A DNA stretch of 64,000 bases from an uncultured Methanosarcinaceae archaeon (lineage in GTDB: Archaea > Halobacteriota > Methanosarcinia > Methanosarcinales > Methanosarcinaceae): positions 352,001 through 416,000 of the forward strand of contig CAWHXP010000003.1 of NCBI GenBank assembly GCA_963833425.1, read 5' to 3'. Numbering within the stretch: position 1 is the stretch's first letter; the number at the start of each line of letters is the position of its first letter. A program made the position numbers and the translations under genes. Shown piece by piece: positions 21,943-34,446 of this stretch. The notes beneath the pieces are model-generated. The model worked only from the letters and a program-made list of their open reading frames with translations. It was not told the DNA's origin and ran no database searches.

Positions 21943-21960
21943 GATATTAAAGGTTTCGGT
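21943..21960 (-). promoter_or_regulatory. BRE/TATA promoter of tRNA-Gly
   Basis: Minus strand ACCGAAACCTTTAATATC about 45-60 bp upstream of the tRNA. Confidence 0.5.
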
Positions 21961-22156
21961 AGCAATAAAGGGATAACTTAGAGAATTTTTGTATTTTGCC
22001 AAAGAAAATAGAGATTTCCATCACAATCTAAGAAGCTTCATAACGCCCAGATAGATAAAAAAATGTTATGAAAAGGATCCGATCCACAAAGATGGAAATT
22101 AGCTTAAAGCTCTTTAAAAGCAGCATTTACGAGTTGCTGTAATTCAAATAAGTACT

Positions 22157-22243
22157 GATGATTTCGATAACCCCTCAAATTAAATCGTATGCTTAAATTG
22201 GTATATAAAAGACTCATGAAATCATAGGTTTATCGAACCCCTC
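22157..22243. mobile_element. MITE (~88 bp)
   Basis: GATGATTTCGATAACCCC ... GGTTTATCGAACCCCTC. Confidence 0.7.
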
Positions 22244-22435
22244 TTAAGTTTCCAGTGTTACGAATTTTATGTTTTTATACATTGAAGCAGGGATGTTTAG
22301 TAGCTTGAAGTGTTGAATAAAACAACTAAGGTAATAAAAAAATCGTGAAATATAGTCCTCACCTACTTTTTGCAGATATGCACACGAATACTATCTCTGT
22401 TCTCAATATAATAGTAGCTTAAGAATAATAATTGA

Positions 22436-23568
22436 GAGTATTTCGATAAACTTCGGATTTTATTTCTTAGCAGGAATTTCTCATATCCTCCCCTCAATTT
22501 CTCTATTTAATTCCTCTTTTTGGCTTTACTTATTCTCAATTCTTTGATTTTAAAGATAGCTTCCGCCATCTTCAATATACTTTTTTTATTTTCAATGTTC
22601 TCAATTGATGGAGATTATAACAAAAAGCTGTAAAACAACATTTTTAGATTTACTCTTTTAACAGTAGTAACAAAAACTCTTCCTGCTTTGAAAATTTCTT
22701 TCGTTACTGAATAAACTCTTTCTCCTGGGACTCTTTTTGAGCTAATTCTCTTATTCCTGAATATATCCTTTATTCCCAGCGTATGTCCTTTGACCGCTCT
22801 TTTCATTGTTGCATTATACCCTTTCGTTTTTGCTCCAAAGTATCCTCTATCCTATAAACCACTTCATTTTCCTCTGTCAAATCTACATACGAATCATGTA
22901 CTGACGCAGTTGTTGTTTGAATCTTCTGATCAGCTCATAATCTCTGTCTATTATATTATGAAACTTATATCCAAAGTGAGACTTACCTCCCTTCTTTGTC
23001 CAAGTACCGTCTCTGCTTCTTCTTGTTTTTGCCTCATCTCTCTGCTTTTGCATGTCCTGGATCTGAATGGATAAAAGTAGCATCCTGAATAATTCCCTGC
23101 TTTATCTGTAAACCCAGAGCAGCAAGTTGGCTTTGCAACTTTCCCCATATTTCCTTTGAAATTCTCGATAATTCTTTCCCTAAATAGCCATACAGTAGTA
23201 CTGTCAGGTACGTATTCCGGAAATCCAAGGAATTTCCTGAAAGAAATTCGATCTATACACGGTTTCTCAAGTTCAAAATCAGAGAGCCCATGCCATTGTT
23301 GTAAAACAAGCATTTTGAACATCACAATGACATCAGTTTCAGGTCTCCCTCATGAAACGGTTTTGTTAATACACATAGACTCAAGAATAATACGAAACGT
23401 TTTCCAATCAATTAAGGAAGCAATTTCAGCAAGCTTATATCCAACAGATTCAAGACGTTTATACTCTTCTTTAAGAGCAAAATCAATAAGAGTTTTCATG
23501 AATATAAATAAATATTTACAAATTTAAAGTCAACCATGCTCAAGAGTAGGGAGTTTATCGAAATTCTC
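22436..23568 (-). mobile_element. IS5-family element, both ends present, frameshifted transposase (copy 2)
   Basis: TIRs GAGTATTTCGATAAACT / AGTTTATCGAAATTCTC; TTGA target duplication at 22432-22435 and 23569-23572; fragmented transposase ORFs. Confidence 0.92.
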
Positions 23569-23746
23569 TTGAGTTTAAAAATGTCAATTTATTAAAAAAT
23601 ATAATTGATCCGTGAGTAGATTAAACAACAATTAAATTCGGAGGACAAAAAAGATAATCATCTTCCAGAAGCTACAACTTTAAATCACATCCCTCCCTTT
23701 TTATCCCATAATAGAACTCTTGTAAATTTCATTCGGTGACCTTTTT

Positions 23747-26614
23747 ATGAAACATAGGATTTACAAGTATTATCCTGAGGACTTCGGAAAGCTTACATTT
23801 GAAGTTTTGCACATGGACCTTATTTTTGATGTCTATGATGACAAGACTAATGTGAAATCCATGCTAAGGGTAAGGACCAAAGATGAGCCTATAGAGAAAC
23901 TGGAATTAAACTGCAAGGACCTTGAGATTAGAGCCGTAAGCTGCATACAGTATGAGGTCTCTTACAAATATAGGAAACATGATGCGATTCTTGAAATTAA
24001 TTTTATGGATATAATCCCCCCACATACTGAGATCTCGGTCATTACGGATACAGTTTGCAGGCCAACCAAAAATATCCTTGAGGGTCTGTACTATGACGAG
24101 ACTCCAGCAGGAGCTCCGCAGCAGCAGATCACACAATGCCAACAGTGGGGTTTCCAGAGGATCGTGCCCTGCATTGATGACATGAGAGCAAAGTGCACTT
24201 ATAAAACTACCATAATTGCAGACTCAAGGTATACTAACCTTATCACAAATGGAAATATCCTGGTCAATCGGCGAACCTTAAAGCCTGGAAGGGACAAAAT
24301 AGTTTATGAGAACTCGATCACTCCAATGGCTACATATCTCTTTTTCCTTGGGGTGGGAACTTATTCGACCTTTACTAGGAAGTTTGAGTACCCTGATGGA
24401 GGAACCTTCATGATTGAGCTGCTCGTGCCACCCGGTTCAAGCGCAGAAGCTGCAGAAAAAGCCCTCAGCATTCTGCATGATGCAATTATGTGGGTGTACA
24501 TCTTTACAGGGCCTGAGCAGTTCGACGAAGAAAAATTGCCGATCAGGAAGAAAGTCTGGGAACTTGTCCGCAAGCAAGAGAAAATAAAACTTGAGACAAA
24601 GTCCGAATCCATGCTAAGAGAATCCGCGAAGGTCAGGAATGATCTTACAGAACTTGTCAAAAAAATCAATCACGGGTATAAGTATACAGGTACCATATAC
24701 AGGGAAATAGGGATGCAGAATTCGGACTTTGGGGGCATGGAAAATGTGGGAAACACCACAATTACAACAAACCGCATTATGCCTTCCCCTTACACAACTG
24801 ACCCAGCTTTTGAGTATATGATTCGGGTCAAGTTACATGAATATTACCACAACGAGAACGGATCCGAAGTCACAGGAAAAAGCCCATTTGAGATTTGGTT
24901 GAATGAAGCTGTGACTGTGCACGTAGAAGAGCAGTATCACGCCTTACTCTTCGGCGAAGATTACCAGAGACTGAGCAGGGTGCTAGATCTCCTCGCGCCT
25001 GCATCTGGTACTCTAGCCCTGGACTCTGGAGCCGCTTCCATGCCAATTATCCCTGATGGTTTTAATGATCCTAATGATCTGATCACTGCAGTTACCTACA
25101 TAAAAGCCCCGGAATACGTGGGCATGGTCGAAACCTTGATCGGAAAAGATACATTTGCAAGGGGTCTAGATCTTTACTTCAGGAAATTCAGGCACTCTAA
25201 TGCAGGTACGCAGGATTGGATAGAAGCAATGGAAACAGAAAGCGGACAGCCCTTAAAAGAAATGTCTGAGACCTGGCTTAGACAGATAAAATTCCCCATA
25301 GTGGAGGTTTCAACTAAATACGAAAAAGCCTCACGAAAGTTCACTATCCTCCTGAAACAGAATGTTTCTGAGGGCGCAAAGCCATGGGAGTTTCCTTTCA
25401 GAGTGGCACTTGTGGATGTAAATGGAAATGACCTTGTAGAAGTTCTGGAAAGGGTCAGTGGAGAGACTGCGAAAATAACTGCTGAAAACGTGGACATTCC
25501 AGCCTTTCTCTCCCTGAATAGGGGTTATTCTTTTTATGGGAAACTTGTTTACAAAGCCAGCCAAGATGAGCTTTTGTTGCAGGTAAGAAAAGACAGAGAC
25601 ATAATAGGCAGATTTACAGCTTTTTATACCCTAGTTGACAGGGAAAAGATGAATCTCCTAACAAATTCTGAATCAAAGCCTTCAGAAGACTTTATTGAGC
25701 TCTACTACAGGCTCTTGAATGATCGACAACTTCTCGAAAAGGCAGGAGGCCAATTTTTGACCATCTTTGAGTCCGTGGAAGACGAGGAGTTTGCCCACCG
25801 TTACCAGGCACTCTATGATGTAAAGCAGAAGCTATTAAAGGCAGTTGCCTGGAAATACAAAAATTCAGTTGTTTCAGCCTACCGTTTTTTTGAAAATTCC
25901 TCAGTTATGAGGGATTCGACGTTAGAAGAAACAGCAAGAGTAATCAAAAGCAGACAGGCAAAAAATATATGTCTAGGCACCCTTGCAACCCTTGATACTC
26001 CTGACATCCATTTCCTCATAAAACAGCAGTTTGAGAATGCAACCTGCGCAACTGATAAGCTTAACGCATTTACTGCATACCTTAACAGCTCTGTATCTGA
26101 CAAAATTGAAGTCCTGAAAGCTTTTGAAGCAGAATCAATGCAAAATTTCGTTGCCTGGGAAGCCTTCCTCGCAGTTATAGGAAACAACAGCAGTGCTGAT
26201 GCTGTCAAACTGATTAGAGAAATGGGAAGATCAAAAGCTTTCAGAATTGAGCAAACAAATGACCAGCGAGCCCTTTACGGAAGCTTTGCTCGCAATCGCA
26301 AGAAGTCTCTCCAGACAGAAGAAGGCAGAGAGCTCTTTGCAGAAAGCCTACGAAAACTGGCATCGGTAAATGAGTATAGTACGGTCAATATGCTCAACGC
26401 TTTTGCAAATATAGACAAGATGGAGTTGAAGTATCATATCCCATTGATAAAAATCTTAGCAAATCTCATTGAAGAATTGGACTACCAGAAGTTTCCTAGC
26501 GTCCATAACCGGATTCGGAAACTCCTTCTTGGAGCTCCGAAAGCTGTCAAATCATATAGTATAGCTCACGGAGAAATTCAGGCTATGCAGCTGGAAAATG
26601 CTGAGAAGAAGTAA
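23747..26614 (+). CDS. pepN: Aminopeptidase N (M1 family)
   Basis: GGMEN exopeptidase motif, HEYYH-x18-E zinc motif (WLNE), 955 aa. Confidence 0.92.
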   Translation: MKHRIYKYYPEDFGKLTFEVLHMDLIFDVYDDKTNVKSMLRVRTKDEPIEKLELNCKDLEIRAVSCIQYEVSYKYRKHDAILEINFMDIIPPHTEISVITDTVCRPTKNILEGLYYDETPAGAPQQQITQCQQWGFQRIVPCIDDMRAKCTYKTTIIADSRYTNLITNGNILVNRRTLKPGRDKIVYENSITPMATYLFFLGVGTYSTFTRKFEYPDGGTFMIELLVPPGSSAEAAEKALSILHDAIMWVYIFTGPEQFDEEKLPIRKKVWELVRKQEKIKLETKSESMLRESAKVRNDLTELVKKINHGYKYTGTIYREIGMQNSDFGGMENVGNTTITTNRIMPSPYTTDPAFEYMIRVKLHEYYHNENGSEVTGKSPFEIWLNEAVTVHVEEQYHALLFGEDYQRLSRVLDLLAPASGTLALDSGAASMPIIPDGFNDPNDLITAVTYIKAPEYVGMVETLIGKDTFARGLDLYFRKFRHSNAGTQDWIEAMETESGQPLKEMSETWLRQIKFPIVEVSTKYEKASRKFTILLKQNVSEGAKPWEFPFRVALVDVNGNDLVEVLERVSGETAKITAENVDIPAFLSLNRGYSFYGKLVYKASQDELLLQVRKDRDIIGRFTAFYTLVDREKMNLLTNSESKPSEDFIELYYRLLNDRQLLEKAGGQFLTIFESVEDEEFAHRYQALYDVKQKLLKAVAWKYKNSVVSAYRFFENSSVMRDSTLEETARVIKSRQAKNICLGTLATLDTPDIHFLIKQQFENATCATDKLNAFTAYLNSSVSDKIEVLKAFEAESMQNFVAWEAFLAVIGNNSSADAVKLIREMGRSKAFRIEQTNDQRALYGSFARNRKKSLQTEEGRELFAESLRKLASVNEYSTVNMLNAFANIDKMELKYHIPLIKILANLIEELDYQKFPSVHNRIRKLLLGAPKAVKSYSIAHGEIQAMQLENAEKK

Positions 26615-26690
26615 GTTCGCAATTATACCTCTTTTCTGTTGTGGAAAAATAAGATACAGGAGAGAAATTTTGATCAAAATTTTTAATTGT

Positions 26691-27430
26691 GAGTATTTTG
26701 ATAAAACTTCTATACATTTGAGCATTGGAGAATTTAAATCTCTCAACAATAATTTTTACTCATGAAAAATCCGACCGATTTCGCTCTCAAAGAAGATTTC
26801 AAACATCTTAATTCAGTTGGAGACAAACATTGTGAGATTAGCCCCTTAATAATTGAAAATCATTTCGTATCAGTTTTAGGTCCATACTTTAATAAAACCG
26901 TTTTCTGAAACAGACCTAAAGCTGAAGTTATCGTTATGTTTAAAATGCTTGTTTTACACTAATGGCAGGGTTTTTTTTCGACTTTAAACTTGAGAAAAAA
27001 ATTAATTAATCGAATTTTATTCAAAATAGTTCTTATTTTTCCTGAGTACTTACCAGACAGTACCACAGTCTAATAATTCTGAAAAGATTTATTGGTAATA
27101 GTAAAGAAGAACAAATATGGGAACAGTTTCAAAGCCAAATTTGTTGCCTTGGTTCAAAATAGAAAAGGAACTATTCAGAGAACTACTTTTATCCATTCAG
27201 ATTCTGGACATACAAAAGCAGATAAACCTCGAGAAAATGAAGCAGGAACGAAATTTGAACAAAAAGATACTAAGTAACACTTTGGATATAAATTTCATAT
27301 TAATAATAGATAAGGATTATGAGATGATCAGAAATTCAAAACAATAACCGGATAACTTTTAATTCTCAGATAGATTTATCCGAAAAATAAGTGGTTTACA
27401 GGACCAAAAGGAGTATTTTAAAGATAAATC
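26691..27430 (+). mobile_element. IS5-family element, old degraded copy (copy 3)
   Basis: Degenerate TIR GAGTATTTTGATAAAACT; fragments VMFKMLVL, TFIHSDSGHTKADKPRENEA, DKDYEMIR. Confidence 0.8.
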
Positions 27431-27879
27431 AATCTATTTTTAAAATGAAAGAATAATAAACCAGAAAAATAATGAGGTCAAATATAAAAATTAGAAGGAC
27501 AGAATTTCCGCGAAGAAAAAAATTAGAGTAAATCCAAATCTTCTAAAAATATAAACTTCTAAGGCGCTCAATCTTAAATTCTTATGATTTCAAACATGCT
27601 TACAATTTAGGCTAGAGATCATATAAAAAATGAATCACATTCTTTTAAGATACGATTCCCATAGACAACAAGAGGCTGAAGATAAATATTTTTGTTCATC
27701 TATTACTTCTTCCGTTATTAAGTAAAAAACGGAAATTCTGAAAATATACTTTTTACACGGTTATAGCTATTTTGAGTAATTTTTGTAACAAAAACTTGGT
27801 TTTTAAGTGAGGACTTTCCGAATTTTAGAGATTTGTGATAAATGAAATAACATGTTCAGTATAAACCCTTGTTTACAGA

Positions 27880-28821
27880 CTAAAAATCGAGTCTCTTAAA
27901 AGCATGATAAGAACCCAGTACTTTTAAAGTATCAACTTTGCCTTTCAGTTCTTCTAAGACATATTTTATAACCGCATTGCTTGCATACCCTTCAAAATCG
28001 ATATAGAAGTAATAATCTCCTAAGCCCCTTTTCGAAGGCCTTGACTCAATTTTTGTCAGATTAATTTTTCTTTTTGCAAAAGCCCCAAGTATATCATATA
28101 AAGCCCCTTGTCTATTTTTTTCAAGATATATAATCAGGGAAGTTTTGCAAGCTGAAAGGCTAAGCTTCTCGGGTTCTATTCCAAGTTCATACTGGAACTT
28201 AGATCCTGATTCCAATCCTAACTGTAATTTCCTTTTGGTATTTGAAGCAAGTGAAACCTGTTCAAATGAATTGGCTTTCCCGGCTTTCAAAACAATGAAA
28301 CGAGTGTAGTTTTCTTTCTGGTCTTGTATGTTTGAAAGAAGAATTTTCAGCCCATAACACTCTGCGGCCTCAGGTGACGCTATTGCTGCCATTTCTTCGA
28401 ACTCTCCTGCGAGTCTGGCTGCATGGGAAGTACTGCCTGTGCTCCGGAGTTCTGCCTTAGGGAGATATTTTTTTAGGAAATTTCTACACTGAGCAAGCCC
28501 CTGTGGATGCGAGAGAATGATCCTGACATTATCGAGCCTACCTTTAGAGAGTAAACAGTGTTCTATTTTGAGAACAATCTCTCCAACTATTACAGCTTCA
28601 TTTTCGAGAAAAAGGTCAAGAGTGATACCTACTGAGCCTTCAATAGAATTCTCTACTGGTATTATGGAAATATCTGATTTTCCTTGGACCGCCGCCAAAA
28701 ATGTATCCTCTATGTCTGCAAAGTATTGAATTTCTGCGTCGATCAAGCCACATTTTAGAATCCACAACTTTGCAGCTTTTTCTGAGTATGAGCCTTCAGG
28801 CCCCATTACGCCTATGATCAT
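27880..28821 (-). CDS. pheA: Prephenate dehydratase
   Basis: GPEGSYSE, PVENSIEG, SHPQGLAQC, NYTRF, ACT domain INLTKIESRP. Confidence 0.95.
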   Translation of the reverse strand: MIIGVMGPEGSYSEKAAKLWILKCGLIDAEIQYFADIEDTFLAAVQGKSDISIIPVENSIEGSVGITLDLFLENEAVIVGEIVLKIEHCLLSKGRLDNVRIILSHPQGLAQCRNFLKKYLPKAELRSTGSTSHAARLAGEFEEMAAIASPEAAECYGLKILLSNIQDQKENYTRFIVLKAGKANSFEQVSLASNTKRKLQLGLESGSKFQYELGIEPEKLSLSACKTSLIIYLEKNRQGALYDILGAFAKRKINLTKIESRPSKRGLGDYYFYIDFEGYASNAVIKYVLEELKGKVDTLKVLGSYHAFKRLDF

Positions 28822-30238
28822 CTAAGAAATTAATTGGGGTTGATAGTAATAGTATTTTTTGATGATCCGAAATTCTGGTGTTTCAATGGTATATTTGGTC
28901 GTGCCATATTAGATATAGCCGTGCTGATTTCTATTTATTCAAATTTATTTCTTCGCGGTGATCCTGTCCAAATCGTTCTCGTTAATTTTTATATTTGACC
29001 CTAATAAGAAATTGATTAAATGTTTAAAACAGTCTTTGAGGAAATTAGGCACCTTTATGGGTAGATAATAAATCTGAAAAAACATGCATTAAAAAGCCTA
29101 CCCGTGTTATGGATAAGATTTCGTCTAAAGATTTCGATATAAACTGCACAAAAGAAACCGGAAATCAGTAAGAGAATATAAACATTAAATTAAAAAGGTC
29201 TGTAATTAAGCTTTTAGAAGCTTGTTAGGCAAATGTTTAACTGCTTCCGATTAACAGTTAAAATTTACTGAATGCACTAATATCTAGTTTATCCCACAGC
29301 TTACTTTACACTAAAAAATATGATATCATAACTTAGAAGTTACTTTTCATATCTTATATTCCGAATAACCTAACAAATTCTGGATCATAAAATCAATTCG
29401 GAAATATTACAACTATCAAAAAAGAATGGTTTTGAAGATGAGCTTATTTAGAAGTATTCAGTATTTATGTATTTACTAATTATATTGTGGGATGAAATAG
29501 GACTTGTATTCAAATAAAAGGATATATACAAGCAAGCAACATCAACATAGACTTGTAATGATAAATATACTGTTCTTATCGTAGAGTTTACTCCAAAAAT
29601 AGCTATTTGAATTGATTCCGCAAAGAATATCGATATTTTCAAGGAAATCAGCGATTATGCAATTGATAGGCCGTTCTCCTCTAGCTAAAGTATTTTGAAA
29701 AAAATTCTAATTTAAATAGATAAAGATCTTCGCTATTTAGAGTGGAAAATTTAAAATCATCCTCCAAATAGGATATAACATATTTAATATTTGAAAAAAT
29801 TTTGTTTGAAAAAAACATTACGAATCGACAATTCCTCTTCGGTTTAGTTACTTCAATTGAAAAATTATTTTCAAACAATACAAAACATCGAGAGCCATTT
29901 TCTGCATGTATATTACCTGGATATTCGCAATAAACTGCGTATTTGCCATTTGGTTTATGCACATTTAGCTCAAAGCCCACCCTTAGCATAGCTCGTCTTT
30001 CCTAAGATCCTTACTACTAAGCCCAAAAGATTTCTACTCGCCAAACATTTACTTTTTACAGTCAAACTGTCTGCGAGTTAGATCTATTAATACCCGAACA
30101 CACCATTGTTTCGGATATATATATGAACAAATAAAAATATTAATAACTTAGTTAAAAATGCTGAAACTCATAGATTTTTTGATGCAAAATTCGGTAATCA
30201 ATGATATAAAGCAAATCGGATTTAAAAGAAAAAATTAA

Positions 30239-30325
30239 GATGGTTTCAATGAACCTCATATTTTCACGAAATAATCACACTGATTAAAATCACATAATAA
30301 AAATTAGATATTTATCGAAATCATC
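30239..30325. mobile_element. MITE (~88 bp)
   Basis: GATGGTTTCAATGAACCTC ... TATTTATCGAAATCATC. Confidence 0.6.
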
Positions 30326-30361
30326 CTTATTTTTCAGACACAACTTTTTTACATGCCACAG

Positions 30362-31334
30362 GGCTCTGTAGAAATGCTCTAAATTCAACTTTTACACTAT
30401 AGTATTATAACTACTCAGTTATAATATTCCCCTTATTTTTTCGCTAAAAACGAAGGAACGTTCAATATTTAAATTTAATAAGTACATTAAATTTGTTGAT
30501 ACTAGTTTTGAAAGTTCAGTCTTCGAGACTAAAGCTTTATTCCTGCAAGTATTCAAAATACGTTTATACCCAGCACCAGCTTCTCGAACTGTTTTTATTG
30601 AAAGAGTAGATTAGTATAGCCTATCGAAATTTTGTAGAACTTATTAACCTTATGAGCGATATAAAAGAAAAGCTCGCTCTTGATAAGATTCCACATTTTA
30701 TTACCCTTCAAAAATTTGTAACCATATTCCCTCCTCTCTGTTTAACCTCTTCTGCCAAGGATTCTAAAGCTGTTTTATTCATATGGATAAAGGGTCTCTG
30801 TTGCAGCGATTGATGCAACAGGATTTACGAGTTCATATGCAAGTTATTATTATTCCAGAAAAACAGGGAGCTTCAATATCATTAGACATAAGTAATAAGG
30901 TAATATTGGGATGGAAAATTAGTCAAAAAACAGACCATGAAATCAAACATGCAAATGCTTTGAAAGGCAATCAAATAAGATGTGAAAGTCTGATTGTTAT
31001 GTAATGGATAAAGGATACGATTCAGAAAAAAATATATTCTATAAGTAGATAAGAAATCAAAGCAGATTCAATTATACCTGTAAGAGAGAGAAAAAGGAAG
31101 AAAAATAAGAGGAAAATATAGGAAACAATCAAACCTAGTCTTTGACAAAATTAAATATAATCAAAAAAATATTGTGGAGACAATGTTTTCTGTAGTAAAA
31201 AGAAAATTAGGAGAAATACTAAGGACAAGGATATTCCTTATCAAGTAAAGGAGACTAAAATTAAATTAACAGTATACAACACGAACAAAAACGTTATAGA
31301 AATAATTTACATCAAATTAAGGATTTCTGCAGCC
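30362..31334 (+). mobile_element. IS5-family element of a second subfamily, degraded
   Basis: Ends GGCTCTGTAGAAAT / ATTTCTGCAGCC; fragments AIDATGF, KVILGWKISQKTDHEIKHA, MDKGYDSE, NIVETMFSVVKRK (DDE motifs). Confidence 0.8.
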
Positions 31335-31652
31335 TGCATCAGTACCATTTAATAGCACAAATGGCTCAAAATATAAATCAATTATTCAAGAACGTACCAA
31401 AAAGAAGATTTCCATCCCACAGCAAGATACTGGTTATTAGCTAAATTTAAAATCCCAACATTTCACACCCATCTAGTGGATAAGTTACTTAAAATTAGAT
31501 CTAAAGTAATGATTCCAAAGTATAGCCAAAAAAGCTGTAAGAGACCTATTTAATTAGATGTGATCAAACTTATCACCAATATATCCTAATCAGCGAATGG
31601 AAAACAAAAAGGTACTTGAAAAATAAATCAAGTAAAAAATATGAGAAATTTA

Positions 31653-31719
31653 CGCCGTTTGCAGCACTCGAGCATTCTGGTTACACAGCCAGAAACTTTG
31701 CCAACTGAGTTAAAGCGGT
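31653..31719 (-). pseudogene. Decayed tRNA-Asn copy
   Basis: Colinear with tRNA-Asn at 31986-32058 but lacks part of the T-arm and has an insertion in the anticodon loop. Confidence 0.8.
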
Positions 31720-31784
31720 TTTCTGATGAAAACTGTTGAGATCTGCAGTTATTCTTATACAAATATCCTAGAGTATAAAATTCA

Positions 31785-31859
31785 TGGGCCTGACCGGATT
31801 TGAACCGGTGACCGCTCGGTTATGAGCCGAGCGCTCTAACCTGACTGAGCTACAGGCCC
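31785..31859 (-). tRNA. tRNA-Ile2(CAT) (agmatidine type)
   Basis: GGGCCTG acceptor stem, anticodon arm CTCGG-CTCATAA-CCGAG; acceptor identity fits archaeal Ile rather than Met. Confidence 0.85.
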
Positions 31860-31985
31860 TTATTGAATCTATACATCTTAAGTGATTAGTTAGCAGCTAG
31901 TATGAAGCTATAACCCTTATTATAACAGTTAAAGGGGCTTGTATTCTTCGAGAAAAAGTGAACTTTAGATTGTACAAAAGTCTTA

Positions 31986-32058
31986 CGCCGCTTGCAGGGC
32001 TCGAACCTACGACATTCTGGTTAACAGCCAGACACTCTACCAACTGAGTTAAAGCGGC
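31986..32058 (-). tRNA. tRNA-Asn(GTT)
   Basis: GCCGCTT/AAGCGGC acceptor stem, TCTGG-CTGTTAA-CCAGA anticodon arm, GGTTCGAGCCC. Confidence 0.92.
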
Positions 32059-32119
32059 TTTATTATCGAGTGTACCTTTTTTGTCCACCCTGTCGCGAAC
32101 ATTCTTAAAGCGATAATCG

Positions 32120-32136
32120 TATTTATATATTTCGCT
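32120..32136 (-). promoter_or_regulatory. BRE/TATA promoter of the tRNA cluster
   Basis: Minus strand AGCGAAATATATAAATA upstream of tRNA-Asn. Confidence 0.55.
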
Positions 32137-32619
32137 TGAGACTGTTCTCACAAGAGCATTTAATTTATTTGTTTCGCCACTTTCCGCTGATTTACATAAG
32201 AATCATATATTCTTTAAATATGACGTAGTTTAAACATTAATCTAATCTTCATATCTATTAAATCTACTAAAAATTAGTTTAAAGTATATCTACTTTATTC
32301 CAATATAGACTCCTAATTACCAACCGATGAAAAAAAATACTACCAATAGTTAATAACTAAGAAAAATAAGCTCCCGAAATTTGCTCATTGAATCCTGGTA
32401 AAGATAGCCATGGATACTAATTCCCCAGACTAAAACAGTACTAACGTAGATGAATCACCAATTGAAGAAAACGAGTTCAAAAAACGATATGTAAAACCCT
32501 AAATAATATAGATAACTAAATTGTGTTTCCAAAGTTGAATAGTGACATTTATTTCATAGATGTCAACTCTAAATATAATGCAACATTATTTTATATGATA
32601 TACTAGATTAATTTCGTTA

Positions 32620-33060
32620 TGAGCTTGGATATGTTTACCATGCATGATATTTTTAAGTCAACAATTAGTTCCCGCGACAAAACCGAGCAGATTAGACTTC
32701 AAGCCTTATTACTAGTTAAAAAAATGGTTTGAGGCCAGCAAAGGTTGCAGAAGATTTTTTGGTATACAACTCAATTATTTATCGTTGTGTAAAGCGCGCT
32801 GAAAAAAAAGGTTTATTTATTCTTAAATGAAACATGGTCAAGGAGTAAAGTCTCATTTTAACAGAAAAACAATTTTCAAAGTAAAGGAAAGCACTTTCAT
32901 AGCCAATGCTAACAGATGATGGTTATTATAGTGATTGGCAAATACAAGTCGCAATCCAATTTGTTAAATAAGAATTTAAAATCTCTTATTCCAAATCAAG
33001 GATGAGACAAATAATTAAAGATTTAGGGTACAGTAAACTGACATATAAACCTAGACCAAA
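32620..33060 (+). mobile_element. IS630-like transposase N-terminal remnant
   Basis: Fragments RDKTEQIRLQALLLVK, KVAEDF, YRCVKRAEKKGL resemble the IS630 HTH region; many lesions. Confidence 0.5.
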
Positions 33061-33299
33061 AAGGAAAAAAGAAGCACCAAATGAATAATTTATCGTTAAA
33101 GTTCAAAAAAGACTCCTGATCCATAATAAGAGATTTATCGAAATCCCCATTAATATTTGCATAGATTTAATAGATAAATCCTGTTGTTCAAGCTATTATT
33201 AAAAATTTTTTAATTCATAATCGATCAAGTCTAACTCTTAATCTCTTTTTCAAGGTTTTATTACCAAAAACTATCCAAAAATTACCATTGCACTTAATT

Positions 33300-33680
33300 C
33301 AAAGTATAAGTTCAAAATATCCTGTGAAAGCTCGCCAAATAATCATCTGGAGAAAATCGACGTAGATCGATTAAAGGGATAAATAAACGAACTATTGCCT
33401 AAAAAATGAAGCCTTTAATCAAACTTAACGCTAAGTATGAGCTTATTGTTGATTTCACAGATGATCCAGGTTAATGGCAAAAATGAATTGGGATCGTATG
33501 AGGAACACAACAGCTTCAAAAAACTGCTTCTTTGATATAAACTTGCTATCGTATCAATGCAAAGAAGAAGTTTATAATCGAAGTTTTACCCGATGGTCCG
33601 GACTCATAAACTGGTTGATTCTCCAATCACATTCAGAAAGATTATTAACGAACTCGAATACGAGTTAAAATTATGCGAAT
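33300..33680 (+). mobile_element. ISH3-like transposase remnant
   Basis: Fragments KYELIVDFTDDP and KFIIEVLP resemble ISH3-family transposases (..AIDFTDDPYYG..). Confidence 0.4.
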
Positions 33681-34092
33681 TTATCCGGAACTCTACATAT
33701 GATATATGACTAGTAGTTACATCTAATAATAAAGATACAATTCAATAGATATAGATTAGCTATTATTCTAGCCTTATTATAATTAAAAATAGACTATTCA
33801 ATGTGTTTTTCAAAGTAATTTCAACTCAATATTTCATCATACCTTATCAGCTCGAACTTGAAACAAATACATAGGAAAAAATACTGTCTAGAGCTAGAAA
33901 AAAAATATACACCTGAAACTGTGTTTTTAGGAGAATGAGCTGAAAACCCAAAAATCTATGAATCTTTCTCCTACTTTATTTAATCAATAAAAAATATCCG
34001 AGAAAAACATTTATCCTGTTCTAACCTATAACTTCATATGTTCTCATAGATCGAAATAAAGCTAAAGTCAAAATACTCGAAATATGAATATA

Positions 34093-34181
34093 GAGGATTT
34101 CGATAAACCTCAATTTTTTGCTGGTTGCTTATAAAACCTATATAAGTAATTTGTTAAAATTGGAGGTTTCTCGAAATCCTC
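34093..34181. mobile_element. MITE (89 bp), best-preserved copy
   Basis: GAGGATTTCGATAAACCTC ... GAGGTTTCTCGAAATCCTC flanked on both sides by TATA (target duplication). Confidence 0.85.
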
Positions 34182-34446
34182 TATACTAAATAGATATCTG
34201 TGATCGAGGGTTAGAGGGCTAGTTTAAGAGATTAGCTTACAATAGAACTATTTAGTGTATATAATGAATTATAAATCCACAAATATATCTTAAATTTATG
34301 CCTTCAATTTAGACTTAAACAAGTTACGGCTAGGAAATTGCAAATTAGGATAAAATTAAGTTTCCAGCCGTTTAGACATAATTTAGATACAATTAAGACT
34401 ATATCCTGAATTGAATAGAAAAGGAGTAAACAGGATAGGATAACAA

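Noticed and set aside
31785..31859. tRNA-Met call for the CAT anticodon
   Set aside because: The acceptor stem GGGCCTG fits archaeal Ile2, not initiator (AGCGGG) or elongator Met.
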